Virus record (IMG/VR): IMGVR_UViG_3300035562_000124
Location: 1-48,093 of that record
Source: a virus
Taxonomy: Duplodnaviria; Caudoviricetes
DNA length: 48,093 nt
Reading direction: 5' to 3' (one strand)
Positions 44,138 through 48,093 of the stretch are shown piece by piece. Below the pieces are notes generated by a model. The model was not told the DNA's origin. It did not search any database and was given only the letters and a program-made list of their open reading frames with translations. Numbering within the stretch: position 1 is the first letter of the stretch; every line of letters starts with the position of its first letter. The position numbers and the translations under genes are program-made.

Positions 44138-45151
44138 ATGGTTAAGAAAATTTCACCGGAAAGCCGTGTGCTTTCTGGCAGCAATGTCACACCTATTTCA
44201 AAGGGGGCTGAGGTAAAAACAACCTCGGGTGAGGGATTACCTGTTAGTGGGCTTCCTGTCGCTGTTGATCTGACAGAAGCGGATTATTTCCCTGTCGTGC
44301 AGAAAATTGCAGCAGGGGTAGAAGAAACCCGTCGGGCGACGATGAAGCAAATGAAGGTACTGATCCCGGCAGGGCCCAAAGGCGAAAAAGGTGATGATGG
44401 GCCGCAAGGCGATAAAGGTGATATTGGTCCTCAGGGGCCGCAAGGCGAGAAGGGCGATATTGGCCCAGAAGGCCCGAAAGGTAATAAAGGAGATATGGGT
44501 GATGTTGGGGCTGTGGGGCCAAAGGGGGATGTTGGCCCTCAGGGTGAAAAAGGCGAAACCGGTGACGTTGGGCCTCGGGGGCCACAGGGTGAAAAAGGAG
44601 ATGCTGGACCACAAGGTGAGTCTGGGCCGAAGGGCGAGAAGGGCGATCCCGGACCGGAAGAACTTACGTTATCCCCAGGCTCTGGACAGCGCAATCTTCT
44701 TGAACGGCAGGCTGACGGATATAAAGTTGATGCCATGCGGGCTATCATTCCTAAATTCGGCCCAGAGTATAAGACTATTTTTCTGTCGGCCTTGGTAAAA
44801 ACATTTCCCAATGGGTCAGTTCTCTATCGTATGGAGAACAAAGTAATAAACCAACTTCGATATAAATCGCTTGCTGGTCTGCCCATCCCCGTTTCAGTGG
44901 ACACCCGGTTACAACAATATTTCCTGGACAAAGAGGGGGACGTGATTACGGTTCAAGCCATGTCGACCTATGATGTGCTGGATAAGGATTCTATCTCAGT
45001 AGTCACGTCGGTGTTTATGAGTGCGGTACCCGATAAGGCATTTAACTTAAAAGACGATACACCCTACCCAGACACCGGTGAGTTAGAGAAATTCAGCGTA
45101 TATCTTTATGTGCTCATCGGAAGCACGCTTAAGCAAAATGGTATTGAATAG
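44138..45151 (+). CDS. Collagen-like fibre protein
   Basis: 32 consecutive Gly-X-Y triplets between N- and C-terminal globular regions. Confidence 0.85.
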   Translation: MVKKISPESRVLSGSNVTPISKGAEVKTTSGEGLPVSGLPVAVDLTEADYFPVVQKIAAGVEETRRATMKQMKVLIPAGPKGEKGDDGPQGDKGDIGPQGPQGEKGDIGPEGPKGNKGDMGDVGAVGPKGDVGPQGEKGETGDVGPRGPQGEKGDAGPQGESGPKGEKGDPGPEELTLSPGSGQRNLLERQADGYKVDAMRAIIPKFGPEYKTIFLSALVKTFPNGSVLYRMENKVINQLRYKSLAGLPIPVSVDTRLQQYFLDKEGDVITVQAMSTYDVLDKDSISVVTSVFMSAVPDKAFNLKDDTPYPDTGELEKFSVYLYVLIGSTLKQNGIE

Positions 45152-45253
45152 TTCTACCTGTCGTTGGCACAACAGTGATGAATTTCCATTTTATTTTTGT
45201 GGTTATATTGTGGGTTTCGCCACTCATGGTGCAATTAAAATTTGGAGATTATT

Positions 45254-45790
45254 ATGTTTGCAAAAAAATTAATGGTGGTTTCACTTATCTCTCTGGGAAT
45301 GGTCAGTTATGTTTGTGCTGCTGCTGACCAGGGACATGGTAAGGCAACGATGACTGGGAGCATTGTTAGTACGCAGTCTACCTGTTCACTATCACCTGAA
45401 AGCGTTGACCAAACTATCGATTTTGGTCAGGTTGCAGATACAGCTTTGCAAGCCGGTAGCGGATCTGGCAAATCAACACCTCGCAACTTTTCAATTAATC
45501 TGGAGAATTGTGATGCCACTGGGAATAATATTGTGAATGTTACTTTTTTTGGTATGGCTGGTAAAGATGGGCGTCTTGGTATTACAGGTACGGCTAGCGG
45601 TGCCAGCATTGCATTTACAGATGGCGCGGGTGAGGTGATTAAGCTGGGTCAGCCAAGTAAAAGTTTTGCTCTTCAAAATGGCAATAACATCCTTCCTTTT
45701 GCTGCTTACCTTCAGGGGGATGGTGTGCCGGGAAACATTAAACCAGGTGATTACCTGGCTGTGGCCGATTTTACACTGAGCTATCAGTAA
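45254..45790 (+). CDS. Fimbrial major subunit (PapA/MrpA/SmfA-like), orphan moron
   Basis: Signal peptide, ADQGHGK, two Cys (TCSLSPES, LENCD), QTIDFGQ, penultimate Tyr (FTLSYQ); GGAG RBS. Confidence 0.92.
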   Translation: MFAKKLMVVSLISLGMVSYVCAAADQGHGKATMTGSIVSTQSTCSLSPESVDQTIDFGQVADTALQAGSGSGKSTPRNFSINLENCDATGNNIVNVTFFGMAGKDGRLGITGTASGASIAFTDGAGEVIKLGQPSKSFALQNGNNILPFAAYLQGDGVPGNIKPGDYLAVADFTLSYQ

Positions 45791-45815
45791 CACCTTAATT
45801 TAACCATTAAGTGCC

Positions 45816-45846
45816 AAGGCAACTGTATATGCAGTTGCCTTTTTTA
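45816..45846 (+). terminator. Terminator after the pilin gene
   Basis: AAGGCAACTG-TATATG-CAGTTGCCTT followed by T-tract. Confidence 0.8.
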
Positions 45847-45859
45847 TTTGGAGAACACA

Positions 45860-47818
45860 ATGGACCAAAAGTTTTTTCGCATACCCTTTGCCAGCGCCGG
45901 CGATAAACAACAAATCCCTGACGAAAAAAATGCTGAAGGTTTTGTCAGTTTTATCGAGGGTTGGGGTGAAGACTATCAAAAAGACCTGATGAGTGATGCC
46001 CACGCAAAAGCGGTAGAACGCGAAGCGATGAACGGCATTTTAAACGCGATCACCCTGGCACTGCGCCAGTATCAGACGGACAGCTTCCCCGAGTGGGTTA
46101 CACCTACGAACAACGGCGGCACGGCATATCAATATGGTGTTGGCGTGGTGGTCCGCCACCGTCAGGGTAATGGAGCGTTTGTCTCCTATGTCTCTCTGGT
46201 GGATAACAATACAACCGAACCCGGTACCGAGGGTGCGCAATGGCAAGGTTTTATCTACCGCCGGGCGACACAGGACGAGGCTGATGCGGGCACTGACGAT
46301 ACGTTAATTATTACCCCGCCAACGCTGCAGCAGGCCATTAAAAATGCCATTGGCGACATAACGACTGAGCTGGCGCCGTTCTTGTTACCAGTAGGGGTTA
46401 TTGCTTTATGGGGTAGCATGACACTGCCTGATGGATGGATTGAAGCCAATGGACAGGGATTCGATATAGCCAAAAACCCAAAATTACACGCGGTATACCC
46501 ATCGGGTAATGTTCCTGATTTGCGAGGGAAATTTGTACGCGGTTGGGCACATGGCTCAAATGCAGATCCTGAGCCTGGTCGTGGCATGCTGAGTGAACAG
46601 GCGGCTGCCGATATGAACCATTATCACCATACAGGGCGATTATGGGGGCCAGCAGGTAATAATGATGATATTTGGCTCATCAATCGTGGTGACGATAATA
46701 GCGGAGAGTCCTACGGGGCTTTCGTGGTGACTGGGGATAATGGATGGTCACGGTTGGGGGGGTATCCCTCCAGCGGAGTTGGGCAATTTAGTGCTACAGG
46801 CAATCCGAAACGACAGGATGGCTCTGCGGGGGTAGGCGAACCCTACCCAGCAAATATGGCATTAATGTATATCGTCAAAACAGATCAGGCTGACAATATC
46901 AAGCCAGAGCCAACGCCAACGAATATTATCGTAACGCCGTCATCATTGAATATTGGTGTTGGTGCGACACAGCAATTTTCCGCACAGGTATTGCCTGCTG
47001 ATCTTGCACCTAATTTCCCTGTGACGTGGATCAGCACAAATACTGCGGCAGGAACCATAGATAGCAATGGGTTGTTTCGTGCAGTAGGGCCGGGGAATAC
47101 TGACATCATAGCCAGTGTTAGCTCAGGCTTGAGTATACGTGTGACGGTCAGGGTCGACATTCTGTTAACGTCAATAACGCTGGCAGCTATTCCTGATCAG
47201 ATTGCGGGTAACACTTATGCGCTGAAAGTAACGAAAACACCGTCAAATGCGACTGAAAACGTTAGCTATGGTTCGACAGACAGTGCTGTGGGGAGTGTTA
47301 CGGCTGACGGACAACTGATAGCTGCCGGAGAGGGAACGGCGACGATCAGCGTTACTGGAGATGTTTCGGGTAAAAGTGCCAGTCGGGTTGTAAAAGTTTC
47401 CGCTGCACCAGTGGTGTCTGATTTTCTGGCAATAAAAAACAATCTGTCCGAGATCGCCGACGCAGGTGAAGCTGCGCAAATCAAATCGCAGAAAAATCTG
47501 GGGTTGGGGGAATTGGCAACCAAGGATTCACTAACGGCGGAGGATGTGGGGGCTGTGCCCGTTGCGGATAAAACGTTGCCAGACGGCACAGATTTAGATG
47601 CTATAACCGAACCTGGTGAATACTTCCAGAACGTGACCAGTAACGCAACGGTGGCCCTGAACTACCCAGAGGCGGTGGCTGGCGCAATGAAGGTGTATCG
47701 AACTGGGGTTGATGCAGGCGCTTGCCGTCAAGTGTATATGCCTTACAACTCGACGGTAGAGCATAGGCGTTATGCATTCGGCGATCCGCTGGTGTTCTCT
47801 GCATGGAAAGCATATTGA
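45860..47818 (+). CDS. Tail fibre protein (collar domain, two Ig-like domains, C-terminal knob-like repeat)
   Basis: FFRIPFASAGD, PDGWIEANGQ...VPDLRGKFVRGW collar, IIVTPSSLNI...VTWISTN Ig-like, DLDAITEPGEY...NYP. Confidence 0.9.
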   Translation: MDQKFFRIPFASAGDKQQIPDEKNAEGFVSFIEGWGEDYQKDLMSDAHAKAVEREAMNGILNAITLALRQYQTDSFPEWVTPTNNGGTAYQYGVGVVVRHRQGNGAFVSYVSLVDNNTTEPGTEGAQWQGFIYRRATQDEADAGTDDTLIITPPTLQQAIKNAIGDITTELAPFLLPVGVIALWGSMTLPDGWIEANGQGFDIAKNPKLHAVYPSGNVPDLRGKFVRGWAHGSNADPEPGRGMLSEQAAADMNHYHHTGRLWGPAGNNDDIWLINRGDDNSGESYGAFVVTGDNGWSRLGGYPSSGVGQFSATGNPKRQDGSAGVGEPYPANMALMYIVKTDQADNIKPEPTPTNIIVTPSSLNIGVGATQQFSAQVLPADLAPNFPVTWISTNTAAGTIDSNGLFRAVGPGNTDIIASVSSGLSIRVTVRVDILLTSITLAAIPDQIAGNTYALKVTKTPSNATENVSYGSTDSAVGSVTADGQLIAAGEGTATISVTGDVSGKSASRVVKVSAAPVVSDFLAIKNNLSEIADAGEAAQIKSQKNLGLGELATKDSLTAEDVGAVPVADKTLPDGTDLDAITEPGEYFQNVTSNATVALNYPEAVAGAMKVYRTGVDAGACRQVYMPYNSTVEHRRYAFGDPLVFSAWKAY

Positions 47819-47895
47819 TGGAGTGGCCGGTAAGTACCGGCCAAATTTTCGAGTATGTGTTATGTTGCTCAAAACCAAACTATGGAGTCCTGGGC

Positions 47896-48093
47896 ATGGA
47901 AATGGATGAAGAACGTGCGGTATTCATAGGCAACGAGATTGGTGCGGTAGTAATCGAGTTGATTACGCATGACATGGACGTCAATCGCGCAAATATTGCA
48001 GGAATTCTTGAGGGGAAGCGAAAGGTTGTCGGCAATACGCTTTACAAAGGTGTGCTGCGGGATGCTGCTGCTTTGGTTCGAGAGAAAAAATAA
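47896..48093 (+). CDS. Small hypothetical protein (start uncertain)
   Basis: GGAG before ATG GAA ATG GAT; ORF ends at the window end. Confidence 0.6.
   Translation: MEMDEERAVFIGNEIGAVVIELITHDMDVNRANIAGILEGKRKVVGNTLYKGVLRDAAALVREKK

Larger units (their letters stand above)
733..48093. mobile_element. Temperate prophage (lambdoid early region, contractile-tail virion module) inserted at the icd 3' end; right end not in window
   Basis: Integrase immediately downstream of icd, then a complete int-xis-recombination-cI/cro-rep-Q-lysis-terminase-head-tail gene order; attL core is expected inside the icd 3' end but cannot be placed without attR. Confidence 0.95.

Noticed and set aside
45822-45837. 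CTGTATATGCAG as a LexA box
   Set aside because: Spacing is not CTG-N10-CAG; it is the stem-loop of the pilin terminator
45860-48093. Invertible tail-fibre cassette or diversity-generating retroelement
   Set aside because: No invertase, reverse transcriptase, inverted crossover sites or template/variable repeat pair seen in the window

Overview
The window starts in the 3' part of the chromosomal isocitrate dehydrogenase gene (icd) of an enterobacterium (Serratia/Yersiniaceae-like by protein style; inference). The remaining ~47 kb is one apparently intact temperate prophage inserted at the icd 3' end, the same locus used by phage 21 and e14; attR is not in the window. The early region is lambdoid: int-xis, Gp157, a RecE-N/Rad52-like fusion, a short cI, cro, a CII/YdaT-like gene, rep with iterons, a DUF4942 methyltransferase, DUF1367/DUF1364 and Q, with no recognisable N gene. 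After pR' come three tRNA genes and ~1.2 kb of structured non-coding sequence, then holin, M15 endolysin and spanins, a ParB + Mom-like DNA-modification pair, terminase, head genes and a contractile-tail/baseplate module. Accessory genes include an IetAS-type AAA-ATPase/S8-protease pair, a DUF2441-like putative ADP-ribosyltransferase, an antisense zinc-finger gene, an exported protein, two collagen-like proteins and an orphan fimbrial pilin. The most unusual unexplained signals are: (i) a hairpin motif GACAGCCGG(G)AAAGAC(C)GGC present four times in the late leader and once in the pL leader; (ii) two paralogous ~30-aa membrane-peptide genes, missed by the ORF track, converging on two of those copies inside a duplicated unit; and (iii) a start-associated motif GAGGTATGACCAATG in front of eight early ORFs. 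Family assignments are from motif recognition, not database searches.
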